Below are positions 12,710 through 24,859 of a stretch of DNA of 64,000 bases, piece after piece. Both the position numbers and the translations under genes were made by a program. Position 1 is the stretch's first letter, and each line of letters opens with the position of its first letter. A model generated the notes under the pieces. That model had not been told where the DNA came from. It was given only the letters and a program-made list of their open reading frames with translations, and did no database searches. The stretch covers positions 11,577 to 75,576 of the forward strand of contig MU626361.1 in the NCBI GenBank assembly GCA_025603075.1. Reading direction: 5' to 3'. The DNA is from Neoconidiobolus thromboides FSU 785. Lineage: Eukaryota; Fungi; Entomophthoromycota.

Positions 12710-15700
12710 TTAATATATTTTTGTTTTAATGAATTTATAAAATTTATTAATTCTTTTGGTTCTAAATTGGATTCATTAGCTGTATGAATTAATAATTGAC
12801 CTAACTAATAATATTATTAATAGTATATAGACAATAATAATATTAAATATGTTTACTTCAATAATAGTATTTTGGTTTAAATATTCTTTTTCTTCAATGA
12901 TCTTTTCTTGATTATTATAAATTATTTTATTAATCTATAATAACAATGATTAAAATAATCTTAAATATATCATTTATATCCTTACTTGACTAGATATTTT
13001 ATATGCGTTATCAATTAGTTCTTCAGGTAAGTCAAGTTGAGATGCCAACTTTATACCTTTTACAAATATATACATGTATATAAAATAAATTATATTAAAT
13101 TATTATAATAAGTACCATAATTATCAATATTAACACTTTCTTCTTGAGCGTAATGATCGTATTTTAACACAAACTTTCCATTTTTCATCTGTTCCTATAA
13201 TCATTTGTATATGAATCTTTTGTATATTAAAAAAGCGTTAAATCATACCTGTACTTTCATATATAATATAGTTACACTTGGATAAAGTTTCATATAATTA
13301 GGTAATTCTTGAAAATGAGTTGAAAACAAAGTTAAGCACTAAATATTATAATAATATATCATAAGATGTTTATTGACTTACATTTGAATTAATTAAATAT
13401 TCACATATTGCATAAGATAAAGCAATTCCATCTGCATGTGAGGTTCCTTTATATTTTATAAATTACTACCATATTATAGTACCAGTTAATAAATATTACC
13501 CCTTCCAAATTCATCAAATAAAATTAAAGAATTTTTATCAACATCATTTAAAATGGAGGCTGTTTCATTTAATTCTTTATAAAATGAAGAATTAATACCA
13601 ATATTATCACTCTTGGAACTAAATCTAGAGTGTAGATATTCAATAATTTTAATACTACCATAATCAGCTGGTATACTATAATAAAGTGAAGTTAAATTAA
13701 TATACTATATTCTAACTCATAATAAAATTTAATAAATTACTAGGATCCAGATTGTGCCATGATAACAATTAAAGCTATCGTCTTTAAATATGTTGTTTTT
13801 CCACTCATATTAGGTCCAACAACAAATACAAGTCTTTTTAATGTATCACTATAAGTGTTATTGGGCACACATTTTTTATCTAATATAGAGTGTAATATTG
13901 GATGTTTAGCTTGTTTTAATATAAGATTATCGGAAAATTCAGGTTTAACTATTCAAATATAAGTATTTACTATCTATATTAATCTGCAACTACCGTAATT
14001 ATTTTGTATTGATGTTATTGTATTAGATAGCAACATATCTAGTATCGCTATCGATTCGGATAGTTTATGAATAAAACCTAATTCTGATTGTAAATAAACA
14101 ATCATTTGAAAAACAATTCTAAAATAAAATAAACCGATATTAATAAATTATTTGATAATATGATAATAATAATAATACTCTTTTGACATTAAAAATATTT
14201 CATCCTGAGCATCTTTATGACGATCATTTAGTTTTATCTATTTTAAATAAGTGCAACTTAGTATTTAGCATTACAGTATGCATATATTATCGCTCTTACT
14301 AAATCTAATGTTTTTAAATGAAAAACGTTTCCTTTTCTTTTAATTTTAACAAATATAGCCGGTAATTCTTTTCCTTCAATTTCTTCTGAATTTAAAGTGA
14401 GCTCAAATCCATAAATCGAAGCAGGTTTAATTTTAAATGATAAATTGTATTCCTCTTTAATATTAATTAATATAATATTAGTTGTTGGTATTTTATTTTT
14501 ACCCTCATATTTTTTAACTAATTCTATTATATCTTCAGATGTTTCAACATACGCCTTTCTAGCTGATAAATGTTTAATAAAATTCATTTTTATTATATCT
14601 TTAATTTACCAACATCTAATAAACCATTTAATCCAGGCTAAAAATATTAGTTGGAATATTATTAAATAATAATAAAATTACTTTAATAATAAAACATTTA
14701 ATGTTTTTTGAATTAAATTTATCTGAATTAATATTAATATCTTCGTTGATATATTTATTCAAATAATCCATAATTTCATTGACTTTTTCATGTGAAATTA
14801 ACTAATAGTATAAGATAATATAAAATAAGTAACTAATATAAATACTAACAAAGTACAACAATTATTTACTTTATAAATTGAAATGAATATTGGATTAGTT
14901 AAATCATTTATAATAGAAGTTAAATCATTTAATTGTTGACACATTCTTTTTGTTAATATAATACACTGAATATTTCTTTCAAATACTTTGATTGAGATAG
15001 TTGAATCTATTTTAATAATCATTGAAGCTATTAAATCAATATCAGGTATCTGGTTTAATATATTTTTTATTAGTTCTAATTTGTTCTCTTTTTGTCTTAG
15101 TTCAGTAATACAATTTAATCGATGATTAATACTATTTAAATCCGTATATGGTTGACAAATACTTAATCTTAATAATCGATGTCCCATAGCAGTATTGGTA
15201 TTATCTATTACATTTAATAATGTTTGTTTTGAATTTGAAGTTTGTAAATTCTTTATTATTTCTAAGTTTTGTAATGTATTACTATTAATTAACATTATAT
15301 TTTGACACTTTTTATATTGAAAATGCAATTGATTAAATGGAAATATTATTTTTTGATCAAATTCAAAGTAATAAAAAATACAACCAACACAACAAATACC
15401 ATAATAAAAGTCTGTTACTAAATAAGGTAATAAGATAGATTTATCTTCTATTAAGGCATAATTATTAATATAGTTAAATCCAATTTCTTCATTAAAGTAT
15501 TTTCGTTGAATTGGTATTAATTCAATATTAGGTAAATTGGCTTTAACAATTTCATAAACTATTTCATTTTTTACTTCCGATTTTAGTGGTATTAATATCT
15601 AATATTAAAATCGAATATATTAAATAAGCAATATAATGTATAATATATAATAATAACCTGTTCTACTTTATAAGCAGTTAGTATTTGAATAACCCTTGGA

Positions 15701-15909
15701 AATGAAGTGGTATCAATAAACTCAACAATAAATAAACAAAATGTAATAATAATAGCTACAAAATAATTTACTTGAAAAAATGTACAAATTATAGTTTTTA
15801 AATCAAATATTGCTAATCCTACTAAATTACCCAAGCCTCTACCATTAACTAAGGCAGCTATACTTTTTTGCATTAAATCATCTGATAATAACGTTGATCC
15901 TTGCTCCAT
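12710..15909 (-). CDS. MSH4: MutS homolog 4, meiotic crossover factor (multi-exon)
   Basis: N-terminal IAALVNGRGLGNLVGLAIFDLKT as in MSH4; Walker A GPNMSGKTTYLK, GSYVPADY, ILFDEFG and STHFQEL ATPase motifs in later exons. 3' end approximate. Confidence 0.8.
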
Positions 15910-16331
15910 TTATTATTATTAAAATTTATAATTTGGCTTTCGGTTTTTCTATTTATAATAACTCAATTAATGCATTTTGTTTGTAATATGTGAACTACAG
16001 TTATGATTATAAATATTAGGCAAAATCACATTTATTATGACTAAAAAATAGTTTTATTTAGATAATAAACTTATTTTCTAGTTAATATTTTAATTATCTA
16101 AAAGATAAAGCGGTAGCTAGGTCAACATTTTTAAACATATACCAAGTAATTTCAAAAATCCAGCAAGAAAAACGGATCTATGTAATATATGTGCCCAATA
16201 TACAATTAGAAAAAAGTTATTTGAAAATAAAATAAATACACCAATAAAAAACAAAGCAGAGATAGAAGTTTTCAATGAAGAAGAAAAATTATACAAATTA
16301 CATAAATTCTGATACTCAAAAAAACACATTT

Positions 16332-16429
16332 GGGGCTGTTTTTTTTAGTTTCATTATTTTTCTATTTTTTAAGCACTATTTATGTGGAAAAATTGTCAGT
16401 AAAATTCTTAAATACAAAAATACATCCCC
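16332..16429 (+). mobile_element. MITE family A inserted in the transposase gene
   Basis: 98 bp, GGGG...CCCC, perfect TSD ATTT (16328-16331 and 16430-16433); 96/98 identical to the copy at 58885. Confidence 0.9.
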
Positions 16430-16471
16430 ATTTAATGAAACTATTAAAAATTAAATAATAGAAGTTGTATA

Positions 16472-17320
16472 ATGATTTTAGATTTTAAACAAAATATGGA
16501 AATAGGAACAAGACCAGATTCAGTAAATCTAGATCATTACAACAAACAAACTATATCAGTATTAGGTTTTGGTGTTTTATATTTAAAAGATGATAAAACA
16601 ATAGCCAAAGTTTACTTTGATTATTTATCTGAAACATCGAATCATGATTCAGCATATGCAGGAGATTGTTTAATCGATTTAATCTCTAGAGAGCTTTTAT
16701 TTAAAAGGTTTACAAAAATTAATATATGGGCAGATAGAGGAAATCATTTTAGATCCCAAGAGTTCCTACATTATATGTTTAAACAAATTCATGAAATAAA
16801 TAGTAGTTTGAATGTTAATCTTAATTTTCTTGCTGAGCATCATGGAGAAAGTATAGTTGATGGACATTTTGGAAACCTTTCAAAATGGAAAAGTAGTTTT
16901 GAAGCATTAGGTAAAATAGAAGATATCAATCAATTAATCTCAAGATTTGAGGCTTTTATTTGTGAGCATAATAAAATTAATAACTCAACTGTTAATAATG
17001 GGAAAACAGATATAATTTTTAAAAAGTATGAAAGAAACAAAAATACAAAAAGAATAATAGAGATGCAAGGTATTAAGAAGTATTTACACTTTATTAAGCA
17101 TAACAATAAACTACATTGTTATCCAGTATCTGATACATCAAAAAAAAGCGATATAGTTCCAATTAAAGTTATAGAGTCTATAGAAAATAGAAAAATTAAA
17201 AGGTCGATCCCAGCTTACCTTACGAAGATAACAGAGAATTTGAAAATTTCGATATTTACTAAGCAAGTAAGCGGTTTGTTAAATGATAGAAATAGATTGT
17301 TAAATGATAAGATTACTTAA
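16472..17320 (+). pseudogene. Catalytic core of a Sola-like (Sola2-type motifs) DDD transposase, 282-aa open frame
   Basis: ILDFKQN, NHDS, IWADRGNHFRS, FLAEHHGESIVDGHFG and GIKKYLHF resemble the DFxEN / SDG / HGKxxxDG motif series I recall for Sola2-type transposases. The upstream part is frameshifted and interrupted by a MITE. Confidence 0.65.
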
Positions 17321-20300
17321 GTTATTAATAGCTAAGTTAGTAAATAGTCAACGAAGAAGTAATTATAATAATATGTAAAAACTATTATTACTTGTACTAT
17401 ATATGGATGGTTAATTATAGTTTTGGGGCTAACCACTCCCTCCTATGCAGCTATTTATTAACTTGGCAATGTATTAATAATGTAATTATAACATTAAAAT
17501 AGTTTATTTATTTGATAATAAATCTACAATGTTGGTTATAAAGCAGTTGATAATAAATATTTCTCAATAAAGTTTTATAAAAATGTGTATTTAAGATCTA
17601 GTAGAAACTCAACTAACTTACAGTATAAACTATAATAGAATGATTTAGAACTATGTCTGGGTACTTTTATTTTAAAAGATTTGATTTTACAGAATTTTAA
17701 GCGAAGTTTTTAATACAAAATTTTTCAAAATTGGACAAAATAATGAAACTAATTCAGACAACCCCACATCTATTAACTTTATTGTTTTATTTGCTTTTGT
17801 TATTTAAACTACAATAATACAAAAATGCTCATAAAAACGGTAGATATCCATATTTAAAGTACTTATTGCTAATATTGCTAGAACGATAAAACTATCAGTG
17901 TTTAATTTTTAGTGTCTATATTGTTTTCGTACTTACTTTTTCTAAAATCATGTATTTAAGACAGAATTCATCAAAGCTGTAGTATCAATATACGAGGATT
18001 AATATAAATAGTAAAGTTGTTAAAGTCTCTAGTTTTAAAGTCAAATATGCTCCCCTTAGGAGTGTGGTTCTCATTTGAAAACTAACTTAAGTTAAAGAAG
18101 AAGATAAAAATTCATAAATAAAAAGAGTTTTATATTATAAACGATATAATTTGATATTGAATGGTTAGGCAGAATCCAAACATATATAATACTGTGCATA
18201 AAGTAATAATTGTAAATTGAATTTTGCAAACAAAAGCTCAGTCTAGTTAAGCTAACAATTTTTATTTCTGTAATGTTCTTTTATATTGAATTTTGCTCAT
18301 AAATTTAAATTAAGAACTAATAAAGGTTTAAATAAATCTTAGCACCTTCCTTTAGATTTTGCAATATTTCAATATTGTATTAAAATCAGATCTATTGCCA
18401 GATCCTTTATTTAAGGGGATATTCAAAATCATATAACTAGAAGAAGCGATTAATCTGTTTTTCTGGATAAAAGTGCTTTTTATTGAAAGCAAAGTATTTA
18501 AATATTGTTACACCTACTAACTGTATAATCGAACAAAACTGATAAGTATAAACAATATCTGAGTAAATTTATTAAAGAAGACAAAGGATAAATGAAATAC
18601 TTAAGTATGACTTGAAAAGATATCGACCGTTTGAATACTTTTATTTATTTAACGTCTGTATAAGGTTCAAGCATATTAGAGATCAATAATAATACTATAT
18701 TAAATATCGATATAGAAAACTGAAAAAGAGTATTTATAGTTAATGTAGATGGTATCGAACTATTAAACATCTTATTTTAAAATTTGGGAGTTAGACTCAC
18801 AGGTGCTATATTGTTGGAGGTAAGCAAAAGTATAAAGGGCCTGATTGAGTAGTAAAGAGGGAGCTATCGGAGTAGCAGAAAGATTAATAAACTATTGAAC
18901 TTATTCACTAAATATATGGATCAACTTAAATTGCTCAAATAAAAAATTTATGATACTTCTAATTAAGTACTTCCTTCATTAAATATTTAAATCTTAATAA
19001 ATCAAATTCATTTAAGATGAACATGGATGGTGATTTAGAGCTTAATGAATCAAATGTAATCAAAATGAGGTTCAATAAATTAAAGATGTTCAAATTAGCT
19101 AGCTATGGATTTATATCTATAGTTGACGAAATAAATCCCAATGTGAGTTTCAAATCTAATTTAGATTTGGGAATTAGCACTTATTTGTTAAACTTTATAA
19201 AGTTATATTGACTTAGATTCAACTATTATCAGCGACCATAGTTATATCAAACTTATAACAGATCTCAATGCTATAAAGTTAGGTCATTTTAACCCAAGTA
19301 CTAATTTTAACTATGGTTTTCCAGATTACTGCCTTAAAGGAGGCTCTTGTTGAGTAGCTATCAAAATGTTTGTTAGATCAAATTTCTTTATTACCAAATA
19401 TTCAAAGTATTCATTTTCTTATATACGTTGCTGTATAGAAAGATCCAATAATACAAATTTTGATAAAAATGTTATATATACAAAAGGATATAATTTAATC
19501 AGGTATAGTTTTATAATTTAGATTCAACTTTGACGTCTATTTGTACAATCGAAGGGTCAATATATCTTAACTCTCTCTTTATAAATCTTGAAGCAATTAA
19601 GGAAGTCTAATTATCATTGAAAAACAAGATTTAAGAAATTGATTTTGATCACATTACCACTACTCGATTGTTATTTGCCACATTTTTAAAAAATTATAAT
19701 GAGAACGCTTGTAGTCAACTATCAAAATGTATTATACCATTACTTTGTCTAAGGCTAAAAGCAACTAGTTTTTAACAAAAATAAATTAGCTTTAAACAAA
19801 AACTAATATTTTTATTCTAATATTTTTTTATATTCAATCTTTTTCAAATTTAGTTATTAAACAATATAGTACTAAATCAAAATAACTTTTGATTTAGATA
19901 TTAATTCTATTGCAGTATAATTCTATTACTGTGATAATCATATAAATTCGGTTGTAAATTAAAGACTTTTTATCAATGGCTCTATAAAAAAACAAGTTCA
20001 TCTCTTTCTCAGCTGACTTGTTACCAAATACAATAAAATGTTATGATGGGCTTTCTTTCATTAAGCTTAATACTTCAACCACTCTATCAAGTTAAAAAAA
20101 TACCTATCATCTCCCTCAGCTTAAGGCTCCTTACTTATTAACATCTATTGAGTTTGATACTTTAGGTATTCATTTGATTCAGTTACTCTTTAATACTATA
20201 GTCGTTTAGTTACTCTTTATTATAGAAAAAGAAAGTAGGAGGTTTTATTTCCCACCCTGCTTTCTACCAAAGCAATGTATCCAAATGTCTATTACACTTC

Positions 20301-20664
20301 TCAATATGTTTTTATAATTGAATAATAACTCTACCTTAATGCTCTCTTACTAACCAAAGCTAGTACGTAATTTTTTATAAAGCAAATATTGCACCCAACC
20401 TCAAATCCATGCTATCCATTTGTTTTACACTAGACTCAAATGGCTAACTTATAAACAATTAAACTAAATTATACCAGACCTGTATTAATAATGGCTATCT
20501 TTTTATAAAATTTATTATATTATTCTTATAACATTAAGATGTAAAACTCAAAAAGAATTCTAAATAGAGGGGTTTCGAATAAATGTTGAAAAATAAAATT
20601 TTAGTATTAACAAATAAAAAGCATTAAAAAAGCATCAATACTATAATTATAATGTATTTATTAT

Positions 20665-21531
20665 CTAATTGAATCTTCCTCTTTTACGAGTGCTACAGGT
20701 CGAGCTACATTCCTCCATGCTGTTAAAAGCACGGCATCCACCACAACCTCCATAGACGTCTTCAACACATTTGCCTTTAGATGGGTCAAAATGGAAAGAT
20801 TTTTGATTACCACGGCACAAACCAGTATCAGTTTTAATATAACATCTATTATCAAATTTAGCTAAAGGATTGAAAACTACACCTGGAATTTCAATTTTAC
20901 AATCCTTTTGAGTAAAAGAACCATTAATGTCCTCTTTTTTAACTGGCTGACTACTCTTTTTTACACAGGAACTTTCGCAATCTTTAATAGTTTCAAAGAC
21001 AGAGCATCCATCAGGACAACCTCCAAAAATATCTTGAACACATTTACCTGTAGTTGTGTCAAAATGGAAAGATTCTTGTTGCATACGACAATTACCAGTT
21101 TCGGTTTTGATAAAACACTTATCTTCTAATTTTTTTAGCTCAGCTGATAGATTTTTAGGCTTATTGACTTTGCAAGAATTTTGAGGTTCTTGGTTTTTTG
21201 GCTTGTCTTTAACAACTGGCTGGATAATATTTTTTACACATAATCCTTCACACTCCTGCATTGTATTGAATGCAAAACAACCGCCACAACCTCCATAGAC
21301 ATCTTGAACACATTTACCTGTAATTGTGTCAAAATGGAAAGATTCTTGTTGCATACGACAAGCACCAGTATCAGTTTTAATGAAACATTTATTGTTCAAA
21401 TTGTTATACTGAGGCTTGAAATTGGTATTTTTGTCTAATTTACAACCTTCTTGCTTGAAAGAGATTGATTCTTGAGCGTTAGTAACAGCTAATAAAGCAA
21501 ATAAAGCTAAAGTTCTAAGTACACTATTCAT
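20665..21531 (-). CDS. Secreted protein with three tandem Kunitz/BPTI-type protease-inhibitor domains
   Basis: Signal peptide MNSVLRTLALFALLAVTNA (true ATG 21531; ORF-track start is TTG). Three repeats with C-x8-C-x15-C-x7-C-x11/12-C-x3-C spacing and YGGC/FGGC. Intronless. Confidence 0.85.
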   Translation of the reverse strand: MNSVLRTLALFALLAVTNAQESISFKQEGCKLDKNTNFKPQYNNLNNKCFIKTDTGACRMQQESFHFDTITGKCVQDVYGGCGGCFAFNTMQECEGLCVKNIIQPVVKDKPKNQEPQNSCKVNKPKNLSAELKKLEDKCFIKTETGNCRMQQESFHFDTTTGKCVQDIFGGCPDGCSVFETIKDCESSCVKKSSQPVKKEDINGSFTQKDCKIEIPGVVFNPLAKFDNRCYIKTDTGLCRGNQKSFHFDPSKGKCVEDVYGGCGGCRAFNSMEECSSTCSTRKRGRFN

Positions 21532-21893
21532 ATTCAATTTTTAAATTTATAAAGTCGATGTTTGTTTATACTACTGTATTCTAATTGTTTTTATAAATAT
21601 TATACACTTATTTTATCTACTTATATACTTTTTTCAATCCTTATCTTAGTTAACTTTGATTATTGTTTAACTTATTAGATATTATGCAAATATTGGATCA
21701 AGTAATTTAGATACGTTTATCGATTGAGAACTATCCTTATTAATAACAGTTTCGGTCTATACTTTATTGCACTTTAGTGTAAAGCGTTATAGAATTATGA
21801 CTAAAATTTAAAAGTAAAAAATAATAGCTTGAATGTATTTTTAGACTCTGTCCTTTATTTAGATTTATTCTGATATTACTATTTTTAGCATAT

Positions 21894-21985
21894 GGGGATG
21901 TATTTTTATGTTTAAAAAACTTACAATTTTTCGATTTAAATAGCACTTAAAAGATGGAAAAAGTGATGAAACCAAAAAATACCCC
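21894..21985 (-). mobile_element. MITE family A (diverged)
   Basis: GGGGATGTATTTTT...AAAAAATACCCC, preceded by ATAT. Confidence 0.75.
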
Positions 21986-22626
21986 AATATTACTTTATAT
22001 TGTAACGATTTATTTATTAATGTTAAATAATTAAACTTCTATAAGTTTGTTGATTTATAATTTCTTTGGGTTATAATAAAATTGGAATTATCAGATTAGA
22101 TATTAACCTTCAATAAGCTATTCATTTGTTACATAGTTTTAGTTCATATGCTTTTAACTCAATATAAAATTACTATGATAAAATCCATTTACAGTATACT
22201 TTATGTTTTTTTAGATAAATACTATATTATACCGTTATGATTTTTTGTCTTATAAGTTATGGTAATATATCATATAGTATTACTAATAAATTATATTTAC
22301 TTTTTTTACTCGAGTTCTTGTAAGCCTTGGCCTAAATATTACATTTACCTTTAATGTTCTAAATATTTAGAGAAGCGGTTTAATTTTCAAAGTCTTGATA
22401 AACTAATCTCTAATCAACAAATGTTAGATATTAAACTTCTTTCAAAATCTCCTATGTAATTTATTATATGATCATTAGATGTAGATGAAATAAATCAGGA
22501 TATAGTCTTCAGAACCTTCATGTTTATTTTAAGAAAATAGTTGAATAAATTCAAGAGCGATATTTTTGATAAGAATTGAAAGCAAAACTGAGTAAAATAA
22601 AATAGTTAACAATTTAAATAATTATA

Positions 22627-22764
22627 CCTGTTACAGCTCTATTATGACTCAACTAACATTTAAGAACAAAATCAAATTAAATCATAAGATACATTAAAAA
22701 ACCTAACAAACGAAAAGTCTTTAAAACTTACCGCAAATCAAGCTGTAATAGAGTTATAGTAGCT
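22627..22764. mobile_element. MITE family B, diverged inverted copy
   Basis: Reverse complement aligns by eye to 11938-12087 at both termini and in the interior (TTTGC..TAA.TTTTAAA). Confidence 0.45.
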
Positions 22765-22962
22765 ATACTTATGGAATTTTGGTAATTTTTATATTAAAAT
22801 TTTGTCTTAATTTGATTTTCCAAATTTTTAAGTTATAGATTATTTTTTCAATAGTTATTAAAAAAAAATATTTTTAAATGTTATTTTTAAATACTGTTTT
22901 TATCTATTGTTTTCTTTATTAAATAATCAATTGTTTATAAAAAGAATTGTAAATTAATATAC

Positions 22963-23053
22963 GGGGATATATTTGTCTAAGAATTTTACTACTAATTTTT
23001 CTGCTTAAATAGTGCTTAAAAGATAGAAGTAATGAAGCCAAAAAAACATCCCC
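22963..23053 (-). mobile_element. MITE family A (diverged)
   Basis: GGGGATATATTTGT...AAAAAAACATCCCC; about 120 bp upstream of the methyltransferase ATG. Confidence 0.75.
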
Positions 23054-23173
23054 ATGTTCAAATCTTGCTTAATTTTTTTATCTTAAATCTTTGCACATTT
23101 TATTTAAAATTATTTTGTAGCTTGGAAGTGGGAATTTGGTAGTATTTTTTATTAATATAAATTCAATACAACA

Positions 23174-24537
23174 ATGAGTTCCATGTTACGTTTATGTTTT
23201 TTAAAATATCCACCAACAAAAATTCAATATAATCAACCCTTTCAATTTTCATTAACAAGTAAATAATTTATTTTGTTTTATTTATTCTTAATCCTATTAT
23301 AATATTTATTATTTTTATAGTATATAATGATCTTGGTGTAGGATGTGGTGAGCAGATTGAAGATATAAGTATCAAATTAAAACTAATACAAGTTAAAGAT
23401 ATACAAAGCACAACTGATGGTAACAACAACAATAGAAGTATTATTAATAAAATACAATTAAATTTAATGGAACCAAAAAAGAATATAATCAATAATAATA
23501 ACGATAATGAAATTGATTTTAAATTTCAAGCCAATTCCCCTTATATTGAATATAATTTTATGTTAATGGTTAATAATTTACAAAAATCTAGTATAACTAC
23601 TTCAATTCAATTATCATTTGAAGTTATTGATAATATAAATAATAATATAATATTGCCCGGAGGTAGTTTAGTGAAAGATCTTTATTTTTTAAATTTATAT
23701 AGTAATATAATTGAAATAAGCAATAAAGTAATAAATAACAGCAATACAACAACAATAGATGATAATATTAATTTAAGTTTAAGATATTTTAATTTCAAAA
23801 TCATAAATAAAGAAATAAGTAATAGAATGATAGTACTAGAATCGACTTTTGGCCAAGATTTAGGTTCCCATTGTTGGGATTGTTCTTGGATTGGCTTGCA
23901 TTTTTTAACATCAATATTATTAAGCAATAATAATATTGATTATACAAACAATAATCAATTTAAATTAAAAAATGAGTTGTACATTAATAAACTAAAAGAA
24001 AAAATATTGCCAAGTAATAAAAAACAAGTAACTTTATTAGAATTAGGTTGCGGTTGTGGATTATTAAGTCAAGGTTTATATGTCTTATTAAGTAAAATTA
24101 ATATTAAATACAATAATAAATATCAATTTTATTTAAGTGATTTACCACAGATATTAAATAAAAGTACAAAAAGAAATTTAACTATTAATAATATCGATTA
24201 CATAAACAATAAGAATAAGAATAAGAATATGAGTATCGATTTATTATCACTTGATTGGGAACTAGATATTGAACTGAATCAATTTGAGTTACCAGATATT
24301 ATTGTGGCTTTTGATGTCATTTATAATAATGAAACTTATCTCTTATTGATTAGATTATTGAAAAATATTATTAAATTATGTAAAGATAAGAATAAAGAAA
24401 CAATGATTTTAATCGGTTATAAGAAAAGAAATAGTTTAATTGAAAATCAATTTTTTAAATTAATTCAAGAAAACTTTGAATTGTTTCCTATCTTATCAAG
24501 TGTTGGTTTATATCTTTTAATGTTGATTCCAAAATAA
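23174..24537 (+). CDS. SAM-dependent protein methyltransferase, family 16 (METTL21-like)
   Basis: GSHCWDCS, LELGCGCGL and DIIVAFDVIYN motifs. N-terminus MSSMLRLCFLKYPP...LTIYNDLG reconstructed with intron 23259-23320, in frame with ORF 23467. Confidence 0.75.
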
Positions 24538-24859
24538 TAGAAATAGGTTGATATAGAAATAGAAGATTATCTTTATCATGGATGATGCTATTGCAAAAGA
24601 ATTATTCAATGTAATCTAATCATTTTTCTCAAATTCTGCTGACTCCTTGTTGTATTGACTTATATACTCTCTTTCCTGATTTCACTTTGTTTTCATTTTC
24701 ATAATAGTGTAAACTCCTGAAGCTTAATTATATTACAAGCTTGTTTTAAAAATTCAAGTTGAATGTTTTTAACCTTTGCACAAAAATATAAAATAAAGAA
24801 TACACAAACTAAAAACTTGTTTAACTTTTTAATCATTTTCATTATTCAAATAGTAAAAA

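Larger units (their letters stand above)
16040..17765 (+). mobile_element. 5'-truncated Sola-like DNA transposon with intact right terminus
   Basis: Transposase remnants from ~16090 (VARSTF..KHIPSNFKNPARKTDLCNIC) through ORF 16472-17320; right end ...GGACAAAATAATGAAACTAATTCAGACAACCCC (17765) followed by ACAT. Left boundary uncertain. Confidence 0.7.

Noticed and set aside
17770-20600. Possible LINE/reverse-transcriptase remnants (faint AFDSV-, YLGI- and LxLxLG-like stretches)
   Set aside because: Too degenerate; motif spacing is wrong and no YADD/FADD core found. Needs a translated profile search.
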